This document shows positions 50,093 through 64,000 of a DNA stretch of 64,000 bases, piece after piece. Under the pieces are notes generated by a model. That model did no database searches. It worked only from the letters and a program-made list of their open reading frames with translations, and was not told the DNA's origin. The first letter of the stretch is position 1. Each line of letters starts with the position of its first letter. This DNA comes from Tubiluchus corallicola. Lineage: Eukaryota; Animalia; Priapulida. Made by a program: the position numbers and the translations under genes. The stretch is from positions 868,001 through 932,000 of the forward strand of contig JAQGDQ010000029.1 in NCBI GenBank assembly GCA_030141605.1, read 5' to 3'.

Positions 50093-50965
50093 TTTATAAA
50101 ATCAATGGAGTTTTTACTATTATAGGTTTCTTGCTAATCGCTCTACTTTTCTACTTTCTGGCTTTTTTGCGTTTATTTAGCGTTTTTCATTACATTTCCC
50201 AGAAGCAATTTGTAGACCATTCTCCTCGGTTAAATATGACCTGCTAAGTTCCAAGTCTATATTTGTAGGCCAGCCAGTGGACAAACTTAATTTGTATGCA
50301 GATAAGGCAACCATCAGGGTTACGAACTAGTGAAGCAGAGTAGGCCTAGAGTTCTTTTTCCACGTGCCCTATAGATTTGCAGATCGTTGGCACATCTGCC
50401 TAGCGCCTACCTCTGTGAAGTGACATGTGTAATTTTGCTGTCACGTCGTACGGCGCTGTTGCCGCCGTGGGCTCTCTTTTTTATCTTTCCATATGCCTTC
50501 TCTGCAGCTCGTGACAGTTTGTTGGTGAAGGCACGCCTAATTCCCTAAAATGAGGTAACCAAACCATGCATTCGTAATTAAAATTTACTCTGCTTTTTTT
50601 CTGACAGGTGTCAACGTCAAATAGGCCTGATAAAGTGCTCAATAATGCGATTTAACTTGTATTTGATGAGCGACCAGTACACGGTTGAATGATAAATGCT
50701 TCTGACAAAGTCCCAGAAAAAACTGCCCTTCCTGGCCGCCTCACACCTTAATAGTGTGATATCACATCTCCTCTTAAATTTAAAGTAAAATATCATGTTA
50801 GCTTTGACGTTACAAACAAAGACGAACAAAGTTCATTTCTTATACCAAATTCAGCATTTCTGGTAACCCTGGAGCTAATTCGGTCAGTTTTTATTTTCAT
50901 TAATTTTAAGTTTCCATGGGTGATTAATTAATTATTGTAATCTTAATGTCAAGATTACTGTCGTA

Positions 50966-51088
50966 ATGATCATTAACATCAATCCCCTCTCTTCTCAGTA
51001 TATTCTCATAATATTCTAAAGTTTTTATGATCATTAACATCAATCCCCTCTCTTTTCAGTATATCCTCATAATATTCTAAAGTATTTT
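50966..51088. repeat. Two-copy 61-bp tandem duplication
   Basis: ATGATCATTAACATCAATCCCCTCTCTT... starts at 50966 and 51027 with 2-3 mismatches. Confidence 0.93.
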
Positions 51089-51681
51089 TAGCCAAGCAGG
51101 TGAGTGTATAATTCTTTTTTTCGCCAAAGGCGTGACATTACTTACATTCGAGTAATCATTTAAAAATTTGAAGTTGTCGTCATAATAGCATGTAGAATGA
51201 CAGGCAGACAGCTGCCGCACTGTTATCTGTGACAACAACCAATTTTATGTGAATTAACAGCAGGTTTTAAAGCAATGATTTTGAAATTCATCTTCCAAAC
51301 GCTGAATGAACGCCAACAGCACCACAAAGCCAGAAATTCAAGCTGAAAAGTCGATAAAAAAACCTCAGTGACTAGTTGACATCTGCTATATTCAGCACTA
51401 CTGACTTTTATCTCCAATGAATCTAAACATTCGAAATTCGAAATTGTAAGACCAACATGGCAGAAACTTGGAAGTCCCTAACTCCTGTAGACTGGGTCCT
51501 GTAGACTCCTGTAATGATGACTAAACTATGGTAATAGAGTAATAGCCACTAAACTAGCGCAACGGCATTAAATATGCGTAAATGAGAAGCCTTATGTAAG
51601 TACTCAGTCTTTAGTTTGAGTAGTTGAGAGAACTGAGTAATTTCACCTGGTGTAGACTGAATAGTTTGCGTAGTATAAGTG

Positions 51682-51707
51682 TATATATATATATATATAT
51701 ATATATA
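51682..51707. repeat. (TA)n microsatellite abutting the element end
   Basis: Directly visible. Confidence 0.95.
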
Positions 51708-51708
51708 G

Positions 51709-52678
51709 CGAATGTAGGTAAAATGGCACAAGAAAAATGTTACACAAATAGAAAAGTACGTAAAATGGTGCAGGTAAAAATGGCACAAATGGAAAAGTAG
51801 GTAAAAATGACGCACTTAGTAAAATACGTGTTTAGGGTTATGGTTACAATGTAGAATTATTATTTTAGTTATTTTTACCTTTGGCAAGGAAGTTGTGCTT
51901 CAACACAGTTTGTTTTTTGTCAATTTGTTTAGTTTTTTGTCTGTTATGACAGTAAGCCTATTACGCAAAAACTGTCTAACAGCATTCCAAGAAACTTTGC
52001 GAAGAAAGGCGGTTAAAGGGTGCCAAAATGAGAACCTTTTCGCCGGTTCTTTTTTCGCAAAACTTGACCGAACACCACTTACAAAAAATAAACATGCGCG
52101 AAGCTGGAGGTCTCAGAAAGAGCGTTTAATACTTCTTTTTCTGTTATCCCCACCTAGACAAACAGCTGCGAGTTACTTCCAATTCCATTTCGAGAAACTT
52201 TCGCTTGTAAAACTGTGTAACGCTGTCTGTAACCTTTGTTGATTAATGTGTATAGCCTTATAAAGGTGACTTGGTACGTATATATTTGTCAGTCTACTGC
52301 CATCGCAAAAAATAATGGTTAAAAAGTAGATAAAAAGTAGATAATTGCACGTTCGTGTATTATTGATTATAAATCAATTTAATGAATAAATATTTCGCGT
52401 GTCTCTTGCTAGTCTATATATACCAGTACAGGTAGATTTTTGTCACATTTGCTTGTTTATCTTTGTGTTAAATTTTTTAATCAAAAGAATCAGATGAATA
52501 AGCTTGAGAATGTTCAGCTTTGGCAAAGATCTGCTACTAAGCGCATTCTAGTTTTATTATAGACATCAACTGCATCAAAATAACCTATGTGCCATTTTTC
52601 GTACTTTCCATTGCGTCATTTTTACCTGTGCCATTTTTTCCTGTGCCATTTTTGCCTGTGCCATTTTACCTCGCACCA
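51709..52678. mobile_element. Non-autonomous DNA element with inverted arrays of subterminal tandem repeats (Foldback/MULE-like)
   Basis: Left arm has AGGTAAAA(A)TGGCACA repeats (51716-51815); right arm has TGTGCCATTTT(T)ACCT repeats (52585-52671); no transposase and no clear target duplication. Confidence 0.75.
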
Positions 52679-55600
52679 TCTAGAATAGGTTCAGCGCAAT
52701 TCTTCTCAAACTAAATGAGCCTGAATGACTAATTTATACGCGTAGGAAACGGGTACGTCTTCAGGAAAAACAAAACTACAAACTTGCGAAGCGCTGATCA
52801 AAACTGAAACAAGTATTGATCAACTGTTATGGTCTTCCAAAAAATCCCCGCTTTCGAATCCTCTTGAGCGTTTTAGACCATTCAGCCAGGTGCTTGGTGA
52901 TCGAGATTTCACAGGTACTTTTAACAAACTACATATCCAGGTGCGCGTGTGGTCATTTTAACGACTAGTTAATTGCTTGTCCATTCGCTTCAGTCAAAAC
53001 ATTAATAACCTTTATCACCTGACGTCCTCAACCAGAATTAGTGCCTCGCGAAGTTACCAATCATTATCGTGCAGCAACTGTGAAAAGCGCGTACAGTGAC
53101 TTGCTTTCTGAGGATCTCGTTGATCTTTAAATAGACTAGTACACGTGTCTTCCTTTTTTTACGAAACCAACCGATTTACCAACTAGTCAGTCAAGCACCC
53201 CAACTGCTAGCAACTTCCTACCTAACCTACACAAACTTTCAACTAACATACTTATAACTAATCAAATAACTAATAACCAACTAACTAACTTAATAGCAAA
53301 CATGAATCAAATAGATATAAAAGAGGAGAGGTTGCAAAAACCACGATTAATAATTTGCGGTAGGTGATTTGTTTCGCTGTATAAGATCTGCTGTGATTGA
53401 TTGTCAAGGTTAATTTCAACTATATTATCTCTTTCAAACAGGGATATTTACCGAGATTATAATATAGGCTGCGAATGGCCTATTTCTTTTGTTCTTTGCC
53501 AAATCTTCCTGTGTGTCTAGTACTCTCTCCATAACCACAATGGTAAACTAACTATTGAGAGTTTTGTTTTATTTGAAGGGCACCAGAAACAACGCTTTTT
53601 AATCTGTGTAATTCGATTGTAATAAGCATCCTTCTCCAAGGGCGGGCGTTAGAGCATTCTATTTTCTTTTCCTTTCTTTCTCCACTTGGTGTCACCTGAC
53701 ATTACGAAGATTACTAGTGACTGAGTTGTCTGGTACATGTATTTGTCAACTCTAGCGGACTGATTATATTATTTGAAAGAATTAAGGGTGCATGTATGTG
53801 CTTAAGACTCAATGAAGGATTATTATTTTTAAGTACTTATTCATTACGGCGCATCTTTAAAACAACATAAGCCTAGTTCTGGCACATGCAAAGCTGCGAA
53901 TAATAGCATGCACTCTATTAAATTCCAATAAGCAATACTGTTTATTTAAATGTAATCTTTTCAATTTTCTCTGCACAAAGATTCACCTGTCCATTTTATA
54001 TAATTTATGTGATGTATGCCTGAGTTTTTCAGGTTACACGCGAACTTGACAAAGCGTTCCACTTCAAGTGATTGCTAATTAAAAACGTCAAGCTTTGTAG
54101 CGTTAAAATGTCCTGTCAGTTTTCGAGGCAACGAAAAAGCAATTATGCAAAAAAGAAAGAAAACGGGCAGTGTCAAAAACACCAAAAATGCTCAAAACAC
54201 TTGTTGCAAGTTGTTTGAGCCTAAAACACATGTTCCAGCTGTTTGAACAGACGCTACATGACGTGTATTCGTTAATCATGCGCTCATTACAATGTTTGCC
54301 TTTGACTTTGCCAACCAAACAAGATAGGAAACTCTATAAAAAGGAAAAATTTCAGGTTGAAGTAGATATTTTTGTGGAGAAAATTGAGTAACATAGTAGA
54401 TAAATGCGTGTGTGGCACGGTAGCTATTGTACGGTGTACGCATGTAGTAGTTTTATTGTATGTGTGTGTTGATATTATGGGTTTTAACTGGAATAAAATG
54501 CATGTTATCTTTTTTATATGAAGAATGCTTGGATCGGTGCTTGGAAATATGAGATTGTGTGAGCTTTCTGCAGCTTCAAATGAATTAATACGCTTCACTG
54601 CTGATTTAAGCGAGCATGCTACCACCCTCGCCGCTGTTAGTTCAGCAATTTCCCACTGGAGGACTTTTACTCGTACTGTGTAAATTATAACTAACTCAGT
54701 TACTTTTAGGCAAACAGCCTGCTTACTGCCATGTCTGGCTTATGACTCAGAGCAAACGATTTCAAAAAGCAAATGATTTTTTCTTAGGTTCTTTTTTATA
54801 TATCACGTGGAATATGGGACTAGAATAGTCAAAAGCTGTCGTGTTCGATTTTCTGAATTTCCTCACCCGTATTTTTTTCCAATGCAGTCAATGCATAAAA
54901 TCTGCTCAAAAAGAGTAGCCCATCCTCTAATTTTCGATTTTTTTCTAATTTGGTGCCAATTGATTGTTAAATTTAAATGGTTGTTTACGATCGGTAAGTT
55001 AAAAGATTTTTAATAGACGCCATCTATACAGACCAGTTTCAATTTCAAAGCTCAATTGACTATTGTGGTTTACGCGTTCGTCTGCAAGTTACTAGTTTAC
55101 GAGGTAAATGATGAGTTTGCGTTTCAGTCAACAACAGTTGATTTACAGTTGAACTTCCTAACGACTTGCCGCTTTTATTACCTTAGAACGATGCGTGATT
55201 ATCACCGGCTATGCATGAAAGCTGACCACAAACTTTAATGGTTTTCTCTGAGCTATTAATTCTAGAATCGCTTGGAGGAGTTTAAGTTACGGGTATTGTA
55301 TACTAGTGGGTGAAAGCTGTGATTTGTGGTAATTTGTTTTCGAAAATTTTAAGTTTACATTTTGTTGAAAAATTATTTGTGATTGTTGTTTGCTTAATTT
55401 TTTCACTGGCGCTTACACTAGCTCAACCCCTTCTCTTTCATATTATGCTCTTTATTATTTAACAACCCATCATTTTTTAACATTTTCTCCACGAGAAGGC
55501 ACTATAGTAAGCAGAAACTTTGTTTTGCATTCTAAATTTTTCCAGTATGTTTTACCGTTTAAAGCTTTTTTCGGTAAGTTCATACAAAGTGCTCTTGAAA

Positions 55601-58600
55601 GCGAAAAAAGCAACCACACAAGACACCACGCCAATAAAAAGCAATCTGTATTTATATTTGGGAGCCACTTGTTATTCTTGTCAAACAAACGCCGTCGTTT
55701 TTGGAAGCTAAATCAGGTGTTTCACAGAAATAACAACATCTTGATTTCCTGTTTAATTGTTGTGACCATGGGAAAGTTAGTAAATATACAGAAGTAACCT
55801 TCTACTAGCAGAATCTATGTTACAAACACAGTGAAGATGTTATTCGTCACGAAGTACAACGCATTGATTCGTGAATCGATTTATAAATATTTATAAAATC
55901 ATAACAAATAATTACTTTAAGTATGCAAAAGTGCTGTCTTCTCTGTGACCATGCAAACAATTTTATTCAGAATATAAGGCTATGAAACACTTAAAATGAT
56001 GTAATGAGAAAATTGTTCACTGTTTAGGCCTTAATAATATCAAAACACAGTGTCCAAAAGGTTATAGCTCAATAAAATCAGTGGATCTATCTATATTTCA
56101 CAGACTTTTCTGTTTTGTGTGTTAACGTGATGATGAGCACAATGTCACTGAAGTGAATGTGTCGCTAAATAATATGGAATAAATTAATGAATTAAATAAG
56201 CACACCCAAAAGAAAAAAGTCTGATTGGAAAGTATACAGAATACCAGAATAAGTGTCCCAAACTTCGCGCGACTGAATGACAATTCTGCAACTGAATTTG
56301 TTGTCTTTGACAATTGACACTATAGTGCTCCGTCCATATACTCTATATTGGAGATACTAAGATACATGACCAGTTTTTCCCATGAAGCATAATGATTCCC
56401 ACTAACGTCAAAAAACCTGTTACAAGAATTGTTCATTTTACAAAACAACAACTTATATACCCTGATAACACGGCTACTTCATTTTCTTATCAACGCTAGT
56501 TCAAATATTGTTAAAAGCTAGCCAATGTAAACAGCCTTTGTCTTCCTAACAATAGTTTTTGCTTCATTCGCGAGAACTTTCTCGACTTTGAGTGCCAAAT
56601 TATATCTCGGTAAATAAATATTGACCCTATTTTTTGTGCAAATAGTAATTTTATACCAATAGGTTGATCGAAATTTGAGCTCATCGATAAAAAGTTTGTA
56701 GGTATTATTAACTCTTGTTTTGCTAGCACCTGTGATTTAAGGTCATGATTCTACGGTGACTGTATAACTGGAGGTGCTGGAGTTGCTTGGAAAAATAATA
56801 TTTTCTTTTGGTAGCCTCTCTTTGACGTGGTCACATCCTCGTGCTACTTTTTGGACTAGTTCTCACGGTACCTCTAACTGGAAAGGATCGAAGTTTTAGG
56901 GAGAAACTGATTAACCTGTCTTCGCGACCTGTAGCTTGCCATGTTGTGAAATACGTATAACGAAAGTGAAAGAGGTGATGCTTAACGCTGCAGGCCAGCG
57001 AAGAGGAGAAACAGTTATAAATGGCAGGCCAGAAAATGGGCGAAAAGGATAGGGAAGAAGCGAAAATTGTGGAATACTGCTGGGAGGACAAATAACATAT
57101 AATTAGATCAAGGGAAATAGCTGATTGGTTTAGGTGGTGGCATGAAATTAAACAATGCCGGGTTTAACTACTAAGCGGATGAATGGCCATCGTGAAAACC
57201 GGTTCTACGAATTTTCATTTTCCATGTGGTTCTGGTTATTTGTCTTGATGTTGAAGGGCGCATAGACAATCAACCTCTACTCGTATAGTGTCATCATTTT
57301 AATAACTAGCTGTATTCCGGTCTTTCTACTGCAATCAATAACAGTAGGCGATGTGTTAAGTATTAGATAATGGTTGTAGTGTGCCCAACAAGATGAACAA
57401 GCATTGATCCTTTAATTTTTGTAGCACAATATTTAAACATAGAGGAGAAAGAAAAATGTGAAATGCTAGGCCATGGAATTGCTGAAACGAGTATTAAGGG
57501 AGAAGGATAGTCAAGTAATTTTTGACCACAGAATACCTTCAATGGAAATAAATGTTTTCTTGGAAGCTTTGGTTACATAAGTTTAGCAGTTTTTTGCTTA
57601 AGGTTAATTATTATCGGCCAATTATAACCATAGAAAATGTATAGTGCCATAGCCAGTTTTGAAGTAGACAGGTTAAGTAGAGTTTGGTGGGAAAACCTGT
57701 ACATATACCTATGCAGGATGTCAGGAAATGATAGTCTCCTATTCAGAGTTATCACAAGTAGTTATAAACATATTTTTAATATTTAATTATTCTAATATGC
57801 ATTTTATTTTGTTTTTTATTTTTTCACTCACTTTGAAATCAGAAGTGAGCCAAGACACAATTCCCATCAGAAACTGACCAATTGTATCCCTCTCATTTAT
57901 GGCTATTACCGCTGCAAATAACGGAAGTACTGGATATTAAGACGTGTTCTTTATTAAATTAAATGCTGTTTCTTATGGTTTTGTTAGTTTTTATTAAATT
58001 GCTTTAGTTTCTTCCTGATACCTTTTATGTTTAGCAGATTGCAAATGACTGTTTGAATTTCTTTATTCCACGTTATTTTTTCTGATCTGCTTCACCTTCA
58101 GAAGCTGCGTTATAGTAATCTTTATTAATCTGATCAAAGTCAAACGCATAAGACAGCAGGCAGCTTGGATTAAAGGCGCCACGTGTCTATAAAGGTATAT
58201 AACTCATGCTGGTACTCCACTCATTTTGGGTAGAAGTTCATCTGCATGGCCCTCTGAATTGCCGTCAGATTCTTATCGCTATCGCAGTTTAAGGACACTT
58301 AACCGTTGTCTTTTAAATCATTTTATGTCTTTTGTGAGATTGTCCCCGGACCGTGAAAGTCAGTTAGAGCTTAATGCCGGCAGAAATCAAAGTATTTATT
58401 TGTTTGAAATACTACTACAGATTAAGCCTGCTTGTTGCTGGCTACTGTAAGTCACCATGTTCATACGATGTTCATGTTTAGATAATCACATTGTTTTCAA
58501 GGAAGGTGATTTTCAATATTTTTAAAAGTATAGAGCGTTTCCATTCAGTTTTACCGATCATTATAAATTCGCGTAAAATTCACATTTACCCTCAACGGAG

Positions 58601-60975
58601 CAACTGGTTCAATCTACGAGCACGTATGTAAGATACAAACTAAAATCGAGCCTTATGTGTATTTAGTTTTCTATCGTTTTGCCAGTTGCTGTTTGGGTAC
58701 TTGTCCGTTGGTTTCATCGCGACACCACAAGAATGTTAATCTCCTTGTTGTTTCTATAAGTTATTGCAGTACGCAAAACCACGTAAATTTCATTGTATGT
58801 ATTACGCTATAATGACAATAAATTGCTTGCTTACTTACTTACGTGCGGCAATGTATTAATATATTTTAGGCCAAAAGTTACAACATAATTTCTGAAAAGA
58901 CAAAACTTCACATTCATGTAAGTTGTAGTCCCTAAAATCTAAATTTCATTTTAATTTAACGTTAAGCTTTGGCTTCTCGGCTTAAGCTATGCCTTAGTAT
59001 TATAACGGAAGCTATAACAATGTTATAGCTTAAACCATGGTTTAATGTTATAGCCTAGTATTTCAGCTTAAGCTATAGCTTGTTGTTTTCAATTCTGTTC
59101 TTGCCTCATTTGTTGGGCATTTGGCAAAGGACAGAATGCTCAAACATATTTTAGAGACAACTGAATGAAAAAAATCCGCCAGAAATGTTTATTTTTGATT
59201 TTATGCTGAAATTTTCAGAGGTAGAACGTGTGCTAGCAATGTACTATCCAGTGTTTCACTTGAGCTGCCTTCCAAGCATTAGATGAACGTTAACTAGTAG
59301 AAATTGTCCTGTATAATTGTACGCTATTTCAATTTAAAGCATCCGGGCTGCCTGTAGGGCTAATTCTATACTTATTGTACATACATGAATACGCGTGTAC
59401 TAGAATCGCAATATGTGGACCATATATAGTACTATTGTGCAGCCCACAACAGTCCTTACTGATGCTTAGTAAAACGGAATTGTCAAAAAAAACGGAAAAT
59501 GTTATACAGGCAAGCACCTTAAAGCAAAACCGGACCCAATCTTAAATTGTAGGTCAAAACAATATAATGTTGAAAAGAAACATACTATTTTTTCAAAAAT
59601 GACTCAAGTGAAATAATAATTACCACGCAAACACAATTTCACGTTCGCGCCGGTAGTTCTTTGTTGTTACAATGCATTTCGCCATTCGCTAGTTATACGA
59701 GCATTTCGGAAACACATTGCACAAAAACAGGTGCTGTACCTCTCCGTTCAGATGTGTAGTTTGTGACGAACTACACGCGTTCGACAGTTCATGCATGAGC
59801 ACAGCGGTAAATTTGAAATTAGAATTTTTATCTTAAAACTTGCCTAGTTTTAGTACAACTAACTGAATATTTTACAGTAGCACTGCACTTGAATTTTGCA
59901 CGATAAATTGAAGTCGTTACTTTTATTTGGACATTCTCGTGTTTGAAATGTCCATAACCCACATTTTGCTTCTTGCATCATTTGAAAATGATAAATATAA
60001 ATCTATAACGTAATAAACAAACTGAGCGTATAATTTCCAATTATTCGCTATGTTAATCTCGTTTGTTTCGCGTACTGCAAAAATTCCAAATTTAACGTCC
60101 CTGAAATATTAACCCATTTTGCATTAGGGCGTCAGACTAGTTTTGCAAGTCCTGGGATATGCATGGCATACTAATGATTCTGCATCATTTTTGTTCAAGT
60201 GATTTTCGCGTAATTATTTTTAATAGTTCAATGTCGCTGTTTTTCTGGTTTCGATTTAGTTACATTGTGATTATCATTTTGCGATTTATTTCTCTGTCAC
60301 TCAAATTGCCGCGGTGTATAAAAAGGTAAATTATGTGTATTTATGTAATTTTCCTATGATTAATAGATCAATCTTTTCTACCTGTTCTGCTATTGTTAAA
60401 ACTTGCCGTGATTTTTATGAACCACTTGGACTGGTTTAACTGTTATTTTCCGCATGAAATGTTGTATACTATATGAGTATATGTTCAATCTTCTTTAATT
60501 TCGTAATTATTGTAGTCAGACAGAGAATTGTGGAATATTTTGGCAAAGAAATTTAATTTACTTTTCCCTACTGGCACTATCTGCTGCAACCATGCTCATA
60601 CGTTCGTTGTTATAAATTTACGGATGACAATATACCATGGGAAAAAGCATTACGATTTACATACTAAATTATATAAATATATATTTGTATGCGGCATACA
60701 CTTTATCAGACCCACACCACTGTAGTTTGTACCTGTATGACAACTAAAGAATCATCATCGCCATCAGCTAAAGACCAGTTAATCAACACCACATAAAATA
60801 TCAACATGACTATAATTTTGCTTTGAATGAGTATTGTAAATGGACAGTGCATAATTTTAAATTAATATTAAATGCTTGATTGATTTTAGTTAAATGATAG
60901 GTAGTAAAGCATTGGGAAGCAATATAGGCTTCATTAATAACATTAGCTGTTATTATCTAAATGTGAAGATTATCA

Positions 60976-61154
60976 TTAATGATGGTACAAACCCACAAAT
61001 AACTAAATTCCAATACCAGGGTTGAAAGACAGGAACACGTAAGCAGAAGGTCCGTGATTCAAATCCTGGCTGTATTCCAGCTTTTTTTTCAAATTTCCTG
61101 TCTTTCAAGTTAGGTATCAAAATTTAATAATTTTTGGGTTTGTGCCACCATTAA
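60976..61154. mobile_element. Palindromic MITE-like element with ~60-bp arms and a tRNA B-box-like core
   Basis: TTAATGATGGTACAAACCCACAAAT...TTGAAAGACAGGAA pairs with TTCCTGTCTTTCAA...ATTTTTGGGTTTGTGCCACCATTAA; TTAA at both ends. Confidence 0.8.
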
Positions 61155-64000
61155 ACTATTATGTTCCGTTTAAAAATGACGAATATTTATGTACCACAAA
61201 AGAAAGGCTGTGATAACCAGAACTGCAGTGTCCGTGTTATTAACATTGCTTTATGTTGCTGGAAGCGCAAATTGTCAAGGCGTTTTCTCGACAATTTGTT
61301 GCCTATTACCGAGTCATTGATGCCAAACTTTAGTTCCCATAATTTCTCGTGCCCTCGTCGACCTGTGTAACTTGCCTTTTCCTTTTTCTTTCATTGGAAA
61401 GCGGATAACAATAGTTCCCTTGTACGGCGAACGGACTTCAGTCTATCCATTCATGGGAAACAACTAAATAATGGTATTTAGTATACGAATGGACTGAGAT
61501 TTCGGGTCTAGTAATGGTCCACAACTGTACAAGCAAGGAGTTCACAAACTTTGAAATTTTTCACATTCAGCAATCGAAATAGCTGCCAAAAACTTTTAAG
61601 TGTTGACAATCGATGCACAACTAGTTACTGAGCTAAATCGAAGGAGTCGACTATAAAGTTGTACATCTCTCTCGACTAATACCCAATTCTTAGCTATTTT
61701 TATCCCAGTCGCTTATAACAGTGGGGTGGAAATGTGAGTAGTTATAGCAGCAGGCTACTGGAGCCGTTTGGAAGTGGAAAAAATTTCTTGCACAATAACT
61801 TTGTTGTTCATTTAAGCTTTCTCAGAAAGGTATTTCCCATAGGAACGAGCCAGACTCAACTCGGACAATTCACCTTTATAAAATTTTGCTTATTAATTTA
61901 GATAGCCGTTTTAGTGATTCTCCATTCTACCCCCAAGACGAAGACCAGGCGATATAGATGGGAGTCATCCTCTCACGGGACTTGCCTATTATCCAGCCGT
62001 GGACGAATAAACCTTTAAAAAGTTTTTTGTTTATTTATCCGATTAACGACATACTTAGACTTATTTTATAAACATGCAGATAATGCAAGTTAGAAAAAAG
62101 AGCTCATGTGCTACTGTATTAAGTTTTTACAGAAATAATATCGATGAAAAAAGTAAGGAGGGTTTTAAAAATCCTTGCTTGCTTGCTAAGTTGCGGTAAG
62201 CCAGCAATATACCAAAATCATGTGTAGCTGGTTAGAATATAAACACAAACTTTTGACCATACTTCATCATAATAACTGATTAACGTATTAACCGTGTTTG
62301 CACGCTAGTAAATATTTATGTACACTGTGGCCTATTCAGTGGATAGGATTAAAATCGGCTGCCCTAATTGAGCTCCATTATTTTCTAAGTAGCTCTCAAA
62401 ATGGCTTTTGTCAGAACTGCGCATCTTTCCAAGGGGTTGCACTGAGTTACCAACAAGTTTTCATCTAAAAACAGTTCAATCAACGCTGAAACACAACATG
62501 ATTGCGACCAAACGACTTTCTGGTCGTACCTGCATTTTGAATTTGTGTAAATACAGTCGCATGCGTATTTTTCCGTGTTACTACGCGTGCTATACCTGTC
62601 CACCCTTAAATGTGTTTAACACGAGCTTTAACGGACTTTATCGTTTCTTTTATATAAACCAATTATGGAATTTGTCACACCCGATGTGGTACGGATCATC
62701 AGAAACAGTGGTCGGTCTCTGCACCTGCACACTCCTCAATCGTCTCCCTTTTCTTGTAATTTTGCAAATTTACGCGCCAGGGCCAGTCGTGTTTTCGTAG
62801 TGGTGGTGCCGACCACAAATCAGTTAAACGGTCATTTTGGTGCTGGATTCATAGTACTTCTGTTAGAGTGAATAAGTCTTTGAAAACTATATGATTTGAA
62901 TTTATTTGCGTGTTATTTTTGTCTACAAATTAGTCTTTTTGCGAACAATAATTGATATCTGTGAGTAGTGGTTATGTAAGGATGTGTTGCACGTATTTTT
63001 AGTTTTGATCTTATCTTATAAATGAGAAGTTGCTGCAATTTTAGTTAGGAGATTTCGCATATTGTACAAAATTTAGCGTTCAAGAAGAATACCATGTGTT
63101 CTATTATGACTATCAGAATGAAAATACAAACAGAACAATTTGAATTTATTGTTATAATGCAATAATTATAGTGTTACAAGGAATAATTTTCCAGTTTTTG
63201 TATAGCAGTGCGAACTTTTGAAAGCTTGTAATTAATGTGCAAGTCGCGAAACAGAGTACTGTGTAACTAGAACAATGCAACGTGCTATCGTAAAAAACGA
63301 AGAGCTTGCCATCTTGACCAACTTGAATGTTAATCTAATGACGGCTTGTCTGGGGAATGAGAATGCGTTCTTTCGCTGCAGTGACACGTATGACAGATCT
63401 TTCAGGGTCAAATCAAAGGTATATAATTTTGTTTTCTGAGACCACCTTCATTACATATAATTAGATAATCTTAGTGTCATCATTTGTGATACCCTCGTGA
63501 CACACATGCGCATACAAATATGAGACTGCCTGCTTACCGTGCTGCGTTTAAGTAAGGTCTTTCTTGAAACTTCTATTGTATGATTAACCAACACGGATTA
63601 ATAACCATTGTCAAAATTCCTCAATAATAAATGCTAAAGCAATGTAAGCTAATAATAGACTTTTTTAGATTGTTATTGTAAATGTTATAATAGAACTAAT
63701 AGTTTGTAGCTATCGTAAATGATATAAGAGAAATAATAGTTCGTATTTCTAAAGTTTCTGAACTCATACATAATAGTGATATTTCCCATAAATAGCAAAG
63801 CGGTCGCTAAAATCGAAGAAACTAAAACCTCGACCAAAGGTTGCCTAAAAACGTGGAAACGCGACGTGTGATATTCAATTTAAAACTTACAGCCGTTTTG
63901 AGTTCGCTTTTTTGTTAGCTTGTATCTTAATAATTAGCATTCATTTTGCTAATATAGGAAGCACGTTATTCCTTTTTGAATCATACCAGAAACTTACACA

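Noticed and set aside
43442-51088. CRISPR-like arrays from the short tandem duplications
   Set aside because: Two-copy head-to-tail duplications without spacers, in eukaryotic DNA with no cas genes.

Overview
AT-rich eukaryotic (invertebrate animal) genomic DNA. No prokaryotic systems are present. 376-15705 (+) holds a complete 13-coding-exon PYROXD2 gene, reconstructed by hand: GT-AG introns, consistent phases, 1740 nt, 579 aa plus stop. Its last intron carries a full-length, young but defective Ty3/Gypsy LTR retrotransposon on the minus strand (10678-15390). That element has 211-bp LTRs differing at 1 base, a GTTTT target-site duplication, a PBS, a PPT, and a gag-pol frame broken by one nonsense codon and one frameshift. 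The remaining ~48 kb has no credible protein-coding gene. It contains MITE, SINE, LINE and Helentron-like relics, microsatellites and GC-richer motif islands, three of which carry a TCF/LEF HMG site paired with a C-clamp 'Helper'-type site. I found no convincing novel biological system. The best leads are the candidate Wnt-response elements, the intronic retrotransposon and a palindromic element with a tRNA-like core. All comparisons were made by eye, without database searches.
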